Shown piece by piece: positions 9,281 through 19,508 of a stretch of 64,000 nt of DNA (positions within the stretch are counted from its first letter, which is position 1; each line of letters begins with the position of its first letter). Made by a program: the position numbers and the translations under genes. The notes beneath the pieces are model-generated. The model searched no databases, was not told where the DNA came from, and worked only from the letters and a program-made list of their open reading frames with translations. Origin of the DNA: an uncultured Candidatus Saccharibacteria bacterium (GTDB lineage: Bacteria; Patescibacteriota; JABMPQ01; JAQVVF01). The DNA lies in assembly GCA_964574655.1 (NCBI GenBank), contig CAZNOH010000004.1, positions 66,046 to 130,045 on the forward strand, given 5' to 3'.

Positions 9281-12200
9281 ATGAGCTTTGTTCATCTCCA
9301 TACTCACAGCCACTATTCTCTGCTTGATGGCTTGCCAAAAATTGACGAGCTGGTTTTGCATGCAAAAGAATTAGGAATGGAAGCACTGGCGCTGACTGAT
9401 CATGGCGTGATGTATGGAATTGTTGAATTTTACCAAGCTTGTAAAAAAGCTGGCATTAAACCAATACTTGGCGTGGAAACATATGTTGCGCCGAATAGAA
9501 TGAGCGATAAAAGAGCACATATTGATATACGGCCATATCACTTAATTTTATTGGCGAAAAATCATGAGGGCTATCAGAATTTGTTAAAACTGATCTCAAA
9601 AGCACATGTTGAGGGCTTTTACTATAAACCAAGAATTGACTTTGAATTATTAAAAAATAACTGCAAAGGATTAATTTGTTTGTCTGCTTGCATTGAAGGA
9701 CAAATAGCTAGAGAAACTTTGACCAATATTGATAAAGCAAGAGAAACAGTTTTAAAATACCAAGAAATTTTTGGAAAAGAAAATTATTATTTAGAACTTC
9801 AACATCATCCAACCATAAAAAGACAAGGCAAAGCAAATGAAAAATTAATCTTGCTTGCAAAAGAAACCGGCGCTCCTCTGGTTGCAACCAATGATATTCA
9901 TTATTTGAAAAAAGAAGATGACAGGATTCAAGATATTTTGCTGTGCATACAATTGCAAAAGAAAGTTGATGATAAAAAAAGAATGTCAATGATGGGTGAA
10001 GATTTTTCCATGAAGCCGACAGAAGAGATGGAAAGATCTTTTATCAATACTCCAGACGCAATTTCAAATACTTTAAAAATTGCCGAACAATGCAATGTCG
10101 AAATTGAGCTAGGCAAAACTAAGCTCCCCATTTTTATCGTGCCTAAGGAATTGACTCCAATAGATTATTTAAAAAAGTTGTGCGAAGAAGGTTTGCAAAA
10201 TAGATTTGAAAAAAGCAGAGAGAGCTTAGATAAAATTATTATAGAAAGATTAGATTATGAATTATCAGTAATTGAAAAAACCGGTTTTGCCTCATATCTC
10301 TTGATTGTTTCTGATTTTGTTAATTGGGCAAAAGAAAGCGGAATAATTGTCGGCCCAGGCCGTGGCTCTGCTGCTGGCTCGCTAATCGCCTATTTATTGA
10401 AAATAACTGATATTGATCCGATTAAATATGATTTATTGTTTGAAAGATTCTTGAATCCAGAAAGAATAAGCATGCCTGATATTGATATGGATTTTGCAGA
10501 TACAAGGCGCGATGAAGTTTTGCAATACGTTAAAGGTAAATATGGCGCTGATCATGTTGCCCAAATCATAACTTTTGGAAAAATGGCGGCAAGAGCAGCT
10601 GTGCGCGATTGCGGACGCGTTTTAAGCTATCCTTATGAATATTGCGACAAATCAGCAAAAATGATTCCAATGGGGTCCACTATTTCTGAGGCTTTAAAAA
10701 TAAATCCCGAACTAACCTCTTTTTACAATAGCGATCCTCAAGCAAAGGTATTGTTCGATTCTGCCAAAAAATTGGAAGGCGTTGCTAGACATTCATCAAC
10801 GCATGCTTGCGGTGTTGTGATCACAAAAGATCCGCTTGATACTTATACTCCTTATCAATTTTCAACTCGCGGTGACGAAGAAATTACTACTCAATACGAA
10901 ATGCACGCCATTGAAGACCTAGGTCTTTTAAAAATGGACTTTTTAGGTCTGGCTAACCTTACAACTATTGAAAAAGCTTTAGAAATTATTGAAGCAGTCC
11001 ACAAAATAAAGGTTGACATTGGCAAGGTTGAAATGGACGATAAAATAACTTTTGATCTTTTGCAAAAAGCGCAAACTGTTGGAGTATTTCAGCTTGAATC
11101 TGCTGGCATGCGCAGATATTTAAAATTATTAAAACCAACAAATTTTGAAGACTTAATTGCGATGGTTGCATTGTATCGTCCAGGACCAATGGAATGGATT
11201 CCTTCCTATATTGATGGCAAACATGGGCGGAAGAAAGTCAAATATGTTCATCCGAAGTTAGAGCCAATATTGAAAAAAACTTTTGGTATTGCTGTTTATC
11301 AAGAACAAGTTTTGCAAATTGCGAGAGACTTGGCGGGCTTTACTTTAGGCGAGGCTGATGTTTTAAGAAAGGCTGTTGGCAAGAAGATCAAGGAATTGCT
11401 GGAAGAACAAAAAGATAAATTTATTAAAGGATGCGTAGCAAATGGTATAGCAGAAGAAGTTGCAAGAAAAGTTTTTGCTTTTATTGAACCTTTTGCTGGC
11501 TATGGATTTAACAGATCGCATGCTGCATGCTATGCGTTGATTGGCTACAGAACTGCTTATCTAAAATCTCATTATCCAGTGGAATTTATGGCTTCTTTAC
11601 TTACTTCTGATCAGGAAAATATGGATAGAATTGCGATAGAAATAACAGAATGCGAAGAAATGGGTATTGAAGTTTTGCAACCAGATATTAATGAAAGCTT
11701 TCCAAATTTTGGCGTGGTCAAAGAGCGTGGAAAATGCATTAGATTTGCTTTTAATGCTATAAAAAATGTCGGCTCAACAATCGCTGATGCAATTTACAAA
11801 GAAAGAAAAAAATCTGGCAAGTTTAAAGATTTTTTTGATTTTGTTAGACGTGTTAGACATAAGGATTTGAATAAAAAATCAATTGAAAGCTTGGCAAAAT
11901 CTGGAGCTCTGGATTCTCTGATTGAAAGAAATCAAGTGTTGAATAGTATTGATAAGATTCTAAATTTTTCTAAATCCATACAAAAAGAATTAGACTCTGG
12001 TCAGACTGATTTGTTTGGCAATAAAAAAGATAACGTTTCAACAATAAATTTTAAACTTGATCAAGCAGAGCCTGCCACTAAAAGAGAGCGCTTAGCTTGG
12101 GAAAAAGAATTATTGGGCCTCTATGTTTCCGAACATCCTGTTGATGAGTACAAGGATTATTTAAGTGCTGTTGCAATCCCAATTAGCCAACTAAATATAA

Positions 12201-12733
12201 GCATGAATGAACAGAAAATTAAGGTTGGCGGGGTTATTTCAAAAACTAAAAAAATATTTACAAAAAAGAACGAGCCAATGCTTTTTGTTGAAATTGAAGA
12301 TACAACTGCAAGTGTTGAAGTTGTTGTTTTTCCGTCTGTTTTAAAAAATAATCCTCTTATTTGGCAAGAAGATAAGGTCGTCTTGATTGACGGAAAAGTT
12401 AATGACCGCGATGGCGAGGTTAAAATTTTGGCTGATAAAATAAAAGTAATTTCTGATAAAGATTTAGAAGTAGCAAAAGAAGACATTCCAAAAGCAATTG
12501 AAATTAATTTCCCAATTACTGCAAGCTCAAGAATTATCGAGGATTTAAAACCGATTATATTAAATAATCTTGGCTCTACTTCTGTTTTTCTCAATATTCC
12601 GCATCATGACGGCAGTACTAAAAAAATTAAAGCGAAGTCTTCTATTTTGTATGACCCAAAGATTATTAGCCAACTTGAAATGATTGTTGGCGCTGGCAAC
12701 ATTAGCATTGTTAAAACAGAAATTAATGATTAG
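9281..12733 (+). CDS. dnaE: DNA polymerase III alpha subunit
   Basis: 1150 aa; PHP domain begins HLHTHSHYSLLDG; polymerase core and OB fold follow. Confidence 0.95.
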   Translation: MSFVHLHTHSHYSLLDGLPKIDELVLHAKELGMEALALTDHGVMYGIVEFYQACKKAGIKPILGVETYVAPNRMSDKRAHIDIRPYHLILLAKNHEGYQNLLKLISKAHVEGFYYKPRIDFELLKNNCKGLICLSACIEGQIARETLTNIDKARETVLKYQEIFGKENYYLELQHHPTIKRQGKANEKLILLAKETGAPLVATNDIHYLKKEDDRIQDILLCIQLQKKVDDKKRMSMMGEDFSMKPTEEMERSFINTPDAISNTLKIAEQCNVEIELGKTKLPIFIVPKELTPIDYLKKLCEEGLQNRFEKSRESLDKIIIERLDYELSVIEKTGFASYLLIVSDFVNWAKESGIIVGPGRGSAAGSLIAYLLKITDIDPIKYDLLFERFLNPERISMPDIDMDFADTRRDEVLQYVKGKYGADHVAQIITFGKMAARAAVRDCGRVLSYPYEYCDKSAKMIPMGSTISEALKINPELTSFYNSDPQAKVLFDSAKKLEGVARHSSTHACGVVITKDPLDTYTPYQFSTRGDEEITTQYEMHAIEDLGLLKMDFLGLANLTTIEKALEIIEAVHKIKVDIGKVEMDDKITFDLLQKAQTVGVFQLESAGMRRYLKLLKPTNFEDLIAMVALYRPGPMEWIPSYIDGKHGRKKVKYVHPKLEPILKKTFGIAVYQEQVLQIARDLAGFTLGEADVLRKAVGKKIKELLEEQKDKFIKGCVANGIAEEVARKVFAFIEPFAGYGFNRSHAACYALIGYRTAYLKSHYPVEFMASLLTSDQENMDRIAIEITECEEMGIEVLQPDINESFPNFGVVKERGKCIRFAFNAIKNVGSTIADAIYKERKKSGKFKDFFDFVRRVRHKDLNKKSIESLAKSGALDSLIERNQVLNSIDKILNFSKSIQKELDSGQTDLFGNKKDNVSTINFKLDQAEPATKRERLAWEKELLGLYVSEHPVDEYKDYLSAVAIPISQLNISMNEQKIKVGGVISKTKKIFTKKNEPMLFVEIEDTTASVEVVVFPSVLKNNPLIWQEDKVVLIDGKVNDRDGEVKILADKIKVISDKDLEVAKEDIPKAIEINFPITASSRIIEDLKPIILNNLGSTSVFLNIPHHDGSTKKIKAKSSILYDPKIISQLEMIVGAGNISIVKTEIND

Positions 12734-13205
12734 AGATAATGATTGGTTAAAAAATAGGCTTTTATTTTTTTTACAAAATAATTTTTCTGACGTGCCTGTT
12801 AATAATAATATACAGATTTGTTTTGGAAGATTTGCAAAGGCCCGTCTTGGATCAATCAAATTAAACCCCAAAAATAATCAGACTGTTATAACTTTGACTT
12901 CATATTTTAAAGATGAAAAAATTCCTCAGTACGTTGTTGATGGCACGATAATTCATGAACTTGTCCATTATGCTCATGGCTTTTCCTCCCCTTTAGCTCA
13001 GTCTTTTCGACATCCTCATCAAGGAGGAGTCATAAGACAAGAAATGACAAAGCGTGGTTTAGATAATTATTTTATAAAATCGAAAATTTGGCTAAAGCAA
13101 AATTGGCCAAGCATTGTTGGAACAAAAACAAGAGCTAGAAGAAGACGAATCATTAGAAGAAGGCGCGTAAATATATTTAGTTTATTAAGATTTTTTGATT
13201 TTTAA
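12726..13205 (+). CDS. HExxH zinc-metallopeptidase-like protein (SprT/DUF45-like) with an Arg-rich tail
   Basis: HELVHYAHGF motif; start ATG overlaps the dnaE stop; C-terminal RARRRRIIRRRR. Confidence 0.4.
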   Translation: MIRDNDWLKNRLLFFLQNNFSDVPVNNNIQICFGRFAKARLGSIKLNPKNNQTVITLTSYFKDEKIPQYVVDGTIIHELVHYAHGFSSPLAQSFRHPHQGGVIRQEMTKRGLDNYFIKSKIWLKQNWPSIVGTKTRARRRRIIRRRRVNIFSLLRFFDF

Positions 13206-14343
13206 ACACATGAATTTAGGCAAAGTTGGACCATCCCGTTCGCCATATAAAATAATTTTTGTTTTTGGGATTATCAGTTTTCTAGTGCTTGTTTTTGTTT
13301 TTTATACTTCTTTTTCTAAAGCGAAAATAACTTTGAATTTGCGAAAAGAAAAAATTGATACTACTTTTGAGATTGCTGTTGGCAAAGATAAAATTAACGC
13401 TACATCTGTTAGCGGTAGGTTTGTTGAAAAAGAAGTTGCAGGTTCTGATGAAATAACTGATATTAAAGAAAAAAAAGTAGATGATTTTGCTTCTGGCAAA
13501 GTTACAGTTTTTAACAAACAAAATAAAGCATTAACATTAGTTGCGTCTTCACAATTAAAACCTGAGAATTCGGAAATAATCTTTAAAACAACTGGGCCTT
13601 TAATTTTAAAACCAAAAGGCAAAGTTGAAATGAAAATTGTCGCCGGACAAAAAGGCGTTGCTGGTAATTTAACGCCTACAAAATTTACTTTTGTAAAACT
13701 TTGGCCAGGATGGAAAGATTTAGTCTATGCTGAAAATAAGGAGGAATTTACTGGAGGCGAAAAAACTGGCAGAATTGTTTCTGAAGAAGATATAAATAAT
13801 TTAAGAACAAAAATAGTTGATGATTTGTTTGCTAAATTTTTTGTTGATATAAAAAATGAGGAAAAAGACAATGAAGAACTCTGGGATCAATTATTCAAGA
13901 AAGAAATTTCTGGCTTTAAGACGTCAGCTGATGCAAGTGAAGAAGCAGATAAATTAAAGGCTGATTTAAAATTAAAGATTACAGGAGTTTTGTTAAATAG
14001 AGAGATGCTAGAAAATCTAGCAATCGCAAAGTTAAAAGGACAAATTATTGGCGAAAAAGAATTTGCAAAGCTTGATGATGATAATTTTAAAGCTGAAATA
14101 ATTGAAATGAATCCGCAAAAGAACCAAGCAATTTTCAAAATATCTTGCTCGGCTTTTTTAAAACCAATATTAGCTAAAGAAGCATTGGATAAAGAAAAAA
14201 TTACAGGATTAAATTATGATGAAATAAAAACTTATTATAAAAAATATCAAGAAGATATAGAGAGTGTTGATGTTTTTTTCTCGCCTTTCTGGCAGAAAAC
14301 AGTGCCAGGTGGAAATGGAAATGTGGAAATAGTTGAGGAATAA
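13195..14343 (+). CDS. hypothetical membrane-anchored protein
   Basis: 382 aa; N-terminal TM helix; no family recognised. Confidence 0.45.
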   Translation: MIFKHMNLGKVGPSRSPYKIIFVFGIISFLVLVFVFYTSFSKAKITLNLRKEKIDTTFEIAVGKDKINATSVSGRFVEKEVAGSDEITDIKEKKVDDFASGKVTVFNKQNKALTLVASSQLKPENSEIIFKTTGPLILKPKGKVEMKIVAGQKGVAGNLTPTKFTFVKLWPGWKDLVYAENKEEFTGGEKTGRIVSEEDINNLRTKIVDDLFAKFFVDIKNEEKDNEELWDQLFKKEISGFKTSADASEEADKLKADLKLKITGVLLNREMLENLAIAKLKGQIIGEKEFAKLDDDNFKAEIIEMNPQKNQAIFKISCSAFLKPILAKEALDKEKITGLNYDEIKTYYKKYQEDIESVDVFFSPFWQKTVPGGNGNVEIVEE

Positions 14344-14365
14344 TATCGAACCAAGAGATCAACCA

Positions 14366-14400
14366 AGAGGTCCGACCTCCAGCTAGGAGGTCGGACCTCT
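14366..14400. terminator. GC-rich perfect hairpin between convergent genes (bidirectional terminator candidate)
   Basis: agaggtccgacctcc-agcta-ggaggtcggacctct is a perfect 15-bp stem, sitting between the + gene ending 14343 and the - gene ending 14451. Confidence 0.55.
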
Positions 14401-14450
14401 ATGAAAACAAAAAAACCTAAAATTTTATTTTTAGGTTTTTATATTTTTAA

Positions 14451-15986
14451 TTATTGTCTTGGTTTCAGCTTTCTAGCATGTCGTTCAAGAATCTGTTGTA
14501 TAGCTTCTGGAAATTCGTTAAGTGATCTTGGAACAATACTCTGCGGACCAAAGTGGTATTTAACCATTTCTGGAATACCTTGCTCTGAAGTAATGGCTGT
14601 TCCTTCCATTGGACCAAATTGTCTTGCTTGTTCAACTGCATCTTTTGTATCTGCACTTTGGGTCGTACTATCAGTTATGTCAATAATCAAAGATCCAACT
14701 CGATCTGCTTCGGCACGCAAAGTTTGAATTCTTTTGCGCAATCTTGGCACCGCTGCCATAATAGCTTCAGCATCTTTGTTTTCTCCGCCAAAAGCTTCAA
14801 GCATTTGCACAATCCTTGATTTTGTTTTGCCATCGAATGATTCCTTAAATCCTTTGATTTGATATCTTAAATCAGTCGTAACATTGCCCTGATCATTGGC
14901 AAGAATTTCAACTGTAATATTATTCTCTTTTGCAGCTTCACAAATTGCAATACAGGCTTTGACGGCATTTTGAATTCTTTGTCTATCCTGATACATAGAA
15001 CCGCTGACATCAATCAATAGTTGCAAAGCTAAAGCTGTTTCTTCAGGATGTTCTCTTTTGCCCATTGGTTTTTCATGTCCTGATCCGGCTCGCATGATTC
15101 TTCTTCGTTCAGAATATCGTCCGCCTTTCCTACCCCATTCAAGTCCTGGATCTGTAACTTTTGGCACAAATCTTTTGAATGCCCTTTTTAATTGATCGGT
15201 GATTGGTCGAACTTCAGCGCTTAAGGCATTATATTTTTCACGCATTTCTGGAGTATCAAATTGATCGCGAGTTTTTAGAAGCTCATACTTTTCCCCTGCT
15301 AGTATCGCTGCATTTTCTGCATTTTTTTCGGCATCAGTCTTAGCTTGATCAGCTTTTTGTTCTAGTCTTTGTTGATGTACTTTTTTAAATTTATCAATAA
15401 TCCTCTTTAATTCTGGCGGCCACTTGTCAGTATTATTTGGATCTAATGGCTCTCCAGGCTCGCCTGGTTGTCCCCCCTTGCCTTTGCCCTTACCCTTTCC
15501 TGGTTTGCCTTCTTCTTTTTTTGGTGGGAATTGATCAATCAATCTTTTTTGGGCTGGCCAAATCGTATCTACAAATAATTTTTCTACTTGAGGCATTACT
15601 TTTAAAGCTGGATTGGTTGCATCTCCGGTAATTCTTCTTAAAGTTGGTTCAACTGCTTTAAATTCTTTGGCAACTTCTGGGTGCAATTTGTCTATTGACC
15701 AAGGCTTTGGAGTGTCCTTTAAATCATTAGCATAAACATTCCATAATGCTTCTAGTTTTAGAATAAATTTGAATTGCTCAGCAGGTTGCATCTCGCCAAG
15801 GCCTTTGGCAATGCTTGGAATAATTAATAATCTATTTTTTGCAAACATTTGTTCTCTTTCATTTGCATGCATTGGACCGCCGACTAGCCTTTCCATTCTT
15901 GGATCTTCGACGCAATTAACTAGGCTCATGATTGCACCTTCATCATATCCTTGCTTGCGAGCTAGTGTTCTTAATCTCTCAAACAT
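14451..15986 (-). CDS. von Willebrand factor A domain protein, CbbO/NorD-like (portion downstream of an in-frame TGA)
   Basis: MIDAS motif DVSGSM within a C-terminal VWA domain; Gly/Lys/Pro-rich linker (GKPGKGKGKGKGGQPGEPGEP); same frame as 16011..16394. Confidence 0.75.
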   Translation of the reverse strand: MFERLRTLARKQGYDEGAIMSLVNCVEDPRMERLVGGPMHANEREQMFAKNRLLIIPSIAKGLGEMQPAEQFKFILKLEALWNVYANDLKDTPKPWSIDKLHPEVAKEFKAVEPTLRRITGDATNPALKVMPQVEKLFVDTIWPAQKRLIDQFPPKKEEGKPGKGKGKGKGGQPGEPGEPLDPNNTDKWPPELKRIIDKFKKVHQQRLEQKADQAKTDAEKNAENAAILAGEKYELLKTRDQFDTPEMREKYNALSAEVRPITDQLKRAFKRFVPKVTDPGLEWGRKGGRYSERRRIMRAGSGHEKPMGKREHPEETALALQLLIDVSGSMYQDRQRIQNAVKACIAICEAAKENNITVEILANDQGNVTTDLRYQIKGFKESFDGKTKSRIVQMLEAFGGENKDAEAIMAAVPRLRKRIQTLRAEADRVGSLIIDITDSTTQSADTKDAVEQARQFGPMEGTAITSEQGIPEMVKYHFGPQSIVPRSLNEFPEAIQQILERHARKLKPRQ

Positions 15987-16010
15987 TGCAAATTGAGAAA
16001 ATTCAGCGTG

Positions 16011-16394
16011 TCATCGTTCATGCAAAATTTCTCCGCGCAAAAAACTTCTTGGAGCTTGACCTGCAGCATAAACAAAAGGAACACCAATTAAATATGTTTT
16101 TCTGGCTGGATCATCAACTACTTCACCTTTTTGAGTAACTCTTTTTGCTGGCACTTCAGCGCAACAAAAAGTATCTAAGTCAGGATCAGTATAGATTTCG
16201 ACATTTCGATCTGTAGTTGTTGCATAACGTTCCATTTCCAGCAATAAAGCTTCAGTTTGCTCTGGCCTTGCTGTCTCTGCGCGCGTTTCCATTTCTTGTC
16301 TAAAAGCATCTGGATCGCCCAGCTCTTGGAATTGAGGTCTTCTTTCAAATGAATCTAAATATGGCATAAAATTAATAATACGTAGGGGGCACAA
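16011..16394 (-). CDS. N-terminal segment of the VWA protein, separated from 14451..15986 by a single in-frame TGA
   Basis: Same reading frame as the downstream VWA ORF; read-through would give ...GEILHER*HAEFSQFAMFERL... Confidence 0.5.
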   Translation of the reverse strand: MCPLRIINFMPYLDSFERRPQFQELGDPDAFRQEMETRAETARPEQTEALLLEMERYATTTDRNVEIYTDPDLDTFCCAEVPAKRVTQKGEVVDDPARKTYLIGVPFVYAAGQAPRSFLRGEILHER

Positions 16395-16423
16395 AATCTT
16401 GTGCCCCTACAAAATTTAATTAT

Positions 16424-18304
16424 CTACGCTGTCTCGCCAAGCGTCTTGTCAATCAATTCTTCTAAAGCTTTTAAGGTCACGTCTAAACCTTCAATTGGAT
16501 TTTTTCTAAAATCATCCATAACTTCCAAATATGCTTTGCGAACATCGCCAGTATTTTTGTAAGCTTGAGTAACGGCAATTGTATCGCGCATACTGACACC
16601 AATAATATCCATACCGCCAGCTCTTCTTTCATAATATTTTCTCCAAGCATCGGCGATTCTTTCGATATCGCGAAGATCTGTAAGGATTTTTGTAGAATGC
16701 TCTTTTACATTATCGCTAACTAAATTTTTGAGGTTTTTATTTTTTTCTAAATCTGCTATTTTTCCTCCTTGAGTTGTTTCATTAATTATGACATCCCAAA
16801 GCAATTCAAATTCAGTGTCAGAGAGATCAGAAAATTCATTGAATTGTCCGCGCAAAACTGATACTTCGTCGCATACATAATCACGCAAAGAATTATCTTC
16901 TGCTTCTTTTTGAGCTAAGACGGCATCTGACCATTTTTCTTTATGTTTTTCAAATTCTCCCTTTCTCAATGCTGGATATTCCATGACAACTGCTTGACCT
17001 CTTGTTCTGGAAAGCAAGGCTTGGCCGATATCTCCGGCTGAGCCATAAGTTGCAGGATTGCCGGCAATGATAATGACAACTCCTTCAGCAACTGGAATAT
17101 GAACTCCATCATAATTCAAGCTTCTATTTTCATCACCAAGTCCATGAAGCATTGCTTGGACTTCTGGCTTTAAGGCATTGACTTCATCAATAAAAACAAT
17201 AGCGCCTGGAGTTTGAACGCCTTCGGCAAGATCAGTTAAGAATTTTTTTGTGCCTTCTTTTGAATCAAATTCATAATGAACAACAAGCTCAATTGATTCC
17301 ATGCCTCGAGCGCAAGGAAACCAAAAATAAGGACGATTGGTATTTCCAGCAATATGGCCTGCTGCTTCGTTTTTTCCTGTTCCAGCCTCGCCAATAATTA
17401 ATGTCAGACCTTTATTGCTTTTTAGTTGAGTATCTAAAGCTTTTACTATTTTTTCTAGTCCTAATATAAAAGTTGGAAATTCTTTAATGCTTTTTTTTAT
17501 TTTTGGCACTCTTTCTTTAGCATCGCCTCTTGTACTATTCAATACTACTAGCTGGCTTAACATTTCAGCAATCTGTTGAGTTAATTCTTCTTGATTAATT
17601 GAATCGCGCTTGAAACCTCTAGTTCTTTCAGAGACAGTTTCTATAGCATTTTCAACTTTATCAGCCAAAATATGAGGCGTTTCACCTTTGCCGCGTCTAA
17701 ATTTATTTTCCTCGCGTAAAATTGCTAAAATTTGTTTTCTGGCATCTTTGTCTCCTTGGGCAGAAAGTACTGACAATTTTTCGTAGTCATCAAAAATTTG
17801 TTTAGCAACTTTCCATTCATTTAAGGTAAGTGTATTTTCGACTGGCTCTAATGTTCTTCCTTGCTCTTCAACAGTTTTGCCAGGTTTGTATTCTCTATTG
17901 CGTCTTTTGTATGTAACAGCAACTTCGCTGCCATTTTGTGTTGCTTTGACTTGCCATCTTGGATTATCATGCGCGCCTGTCCAAATCAAATCTTCATGGC
18001 CTCTCAACCATTCTGGGATATTGGCTGGTGCTTCTTCTTTTCTTTCTGCTTGTTCGCCTCTGATTATTGGCGGTTCGTACTGTTCAAGCGGTGCCATTAA
18101 TTGATCAAAAACTTGAGCGAGAGATTTTCCTGAGACATCAATCTCGCCAATTTTTGTACCTTGTGGCATCATTAGTTGCATGCCTAATTCTTCGCCTAAA
18201 TCTGTACAATATTTTGTTTTTAAGCGACTTAATTCTTGTCTTAATTCGTCTGGAGTTAATTCTCTTTTAGGATCTTTTTCTAATGGTGCTTTTTCTACTG
18301 CCAT
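16424..18304 (-). CDS. AAA+ ATPase of the MoxR/CbbQ/NorQ (AAA_5) class with a roughly 300-aa N-terminal extension
   Basis: Walker A GEAGTGKN, Walker B VFIDEVN and an ALLSRTR sensor; block resembles CbbQ (IVFIDEVNALKPEVQAMLHGL...IIIAGNP). Confidence 0.8.
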   Translation of the reverse strand: MAVEKAPLEKDPKRELTPDELRQELSRLKTKYCTDLGEELGMQLMMPQGTKIGEIDVSGKSLAQVFDQLMAPLEQYEPPIIRGEQAERKEEAPANIPEWLRGHEDLIWTGAHDNPRWQVKATQNGSEVAVTYKRRNREYKPGKTVEEQGRTLEPVENTLTLNEWKVAKQIFDDYEKLSVLSAQGDKDARKQILAILREENKFRRGKGETPHILADKVENAIETVSERTRGFKRDSINQEELTQQIAEMLSQLVVLNSTRGDAKERVPKIKKSIKEFPTFILGLEKIVKALDTQLKSNKGLTLIIGEAGTGKNEAAGHIAGNTNRPYFWFPCARGMESIELVVHYEFDSKEGTKKFLTDLAEGVQTPGAIVFIDEVNALKPEVQAMLHGLGDENRSLNYDGVHIPVAEGVVIIIAGNPATYGSAGDIGQALLSRTRGQAVVMEYPALRKGEFEKHKEKWSDAVLAQKEAEDNSLRDYVCDEVSVLRGQFNEFSDLSDTEFELLWDVIINETTQGGKIADLEKNKNLKNLVSDNVKEHSTKILTDLRDIERIADAWRKYYERRAGGMDIIGVSMRDTIAVTQAYKNTGDVRKAYLEVMDDFRKNPIEGLDVTLKALEELIDKTLGETA

Positions 18305-18346
18305 AGTTTTAAAAAATTATTTTATATGAATTATTATATCATTTTT

Positions 18347-19501
18347 CTATCTTTCATGCTTGCCAAACCGATCATCAAACACAAGATTCCTTGAATTTTG
18401 GATAATATCAAGCTGTTCTTTTGTTAAATCTTCTTGTTTCAAGCCTGTAAGATAAACTTTTTTTGGACGATTGGTAAAATATTGCAAAGCTTGGACAGAA
18501 ATTCTTTCAAGATTAATAAAACTTAATCCTGCGTTACTTTCACTTAAAGCTTCAGCAACTTTGTCATCAATTTTTTTGAAACTATCAAAAGATAGTTGAC
18601 CAGAATATTCTTTGAAACCTTTTGCTGCTTCAACGCTTATTGACTGCATTACTGTGAAATCCAAACCATTCTTGCAACCAGCAAATTGAGCAGCAGCTTC
18701 TCTAGAAATTTTTGTCAATGCATGAAAATTAAGAAATTTTCCAAGGATTGAATTAACTTTGATGAATCTAGCTAATTCTCGAGTAATATCTTCTGGCAAA
18801 TCCGTCAGACCAATCTTTAACGCCATCCCATTAAAATCACCTAGCTCTTTTGCAGTTTCTTGATCAATTTTTGTTAAATCTGGCAGACTAATTATTCCGC
18901 CAAAATCGACAAAAGCATGGGCCTGCTCTTTTGATAAAGATGTAAGACCAAGACCAATCTCAACTCTATTTTTTCCTTCAATCAAAGCTCTGATGGTATT
19001 TACTGGCATTTTTTTTATTCCTCGAAAATATAAAGGTCCTTGATGTTTTACTAATTCTTTTGCAGAAGCTTCTGAAAGACTGTTTAGGCTATCAAGATTT
19101 AAATTGCCATGATGATTCGGAATCATTCTTTTGATCATTCTTTTTGCGATTTGATTGGGAAGAAATGTTAATCTCCGGATATCTCTATCATCAAAATTCC
19201 TACCAGTAGAAATCTTTTCATAAATTTCAAAATTTGTTTTTCGGGCTGGAATATCTTTTACTTCCTGAACGGTCATTTCTTCACCATAAAAATTTACTCT
19301 AACCTGCGATAAAGCTTGGTCTAATTTATCAACTGCTTCTTGATGAATAGGCGCGTCTGCTTGGATTGCTTCGGATATTTCATCAACTTGATCGATCGCT
19401 TGATTCAGAGCATCCGTTTTGGAAATTTCAAGAGAACCACTAGAATATTTTCCTGGCTCTGTTGCATCAAAAGTTTTTTCGGATAATTGTTCCTTGCTCA
19501 T
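18347..19501 (-). CDS. paralogous repeat protein (conserved N-terminal module plus LRR-like repeats), family member 1
   Basis: Shares N-terminal motifs (E..D..EPGK...LEI..T..L...IDQ...) and 22-24-aa C-terminal repeats with the four genes upstream. Confidence 0.55.
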   Translation of the reverse strand: MSKEQLSEKTFDATEPGKYSSGSLEISKTDALNQAIDQVDEISEAIQADAPIHQEAVDKLDQALSQVRVNFYGEEMTVQEVKDIPARKTNFEIYEKISTGRNFDDRDIRRLTFLPNQIAKRMIKRMIPNHHGNLNLDSLNSLSEASAKELVKHQGPLYFRGIKKMPVNTIRALIEGKNRVEIGLGLTSLSKEQAHAFVDFGGIISLPDLTKIDQETAKELGDFNGMALKIGLTDLPEDITRELARFIKVNSILGKFLNFHALTKISREAAAQFAGCKNGLDFTVMQSISVEAAKGFKEYSGQLSFDSFKKIDDKVAEALSESNAGLSFINLERISVQALQYFTNRPKKVYLTGLKQEDLTKEQLDIIQNSRNLVFDDRFGKHER

Positions 19502-19508
19502 ATTTTTG

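Noticed and set aside
14401-14727. ORF beginning immediately after the GC hairpin on the + strand
   Set aside because: It is fully antisense to the 3' end of the VWA gene and has no homology or RBS. It is likely spurious.
15984-16016. Alternative genetic code (UGA sense) as the explanation for the in-frame TGA
   Set aside because: TGA terminates ordinary ORFs in the same window (21..878, 48573..49901) at positions matching full-length family members. A global reassignment is therefore unlikely.
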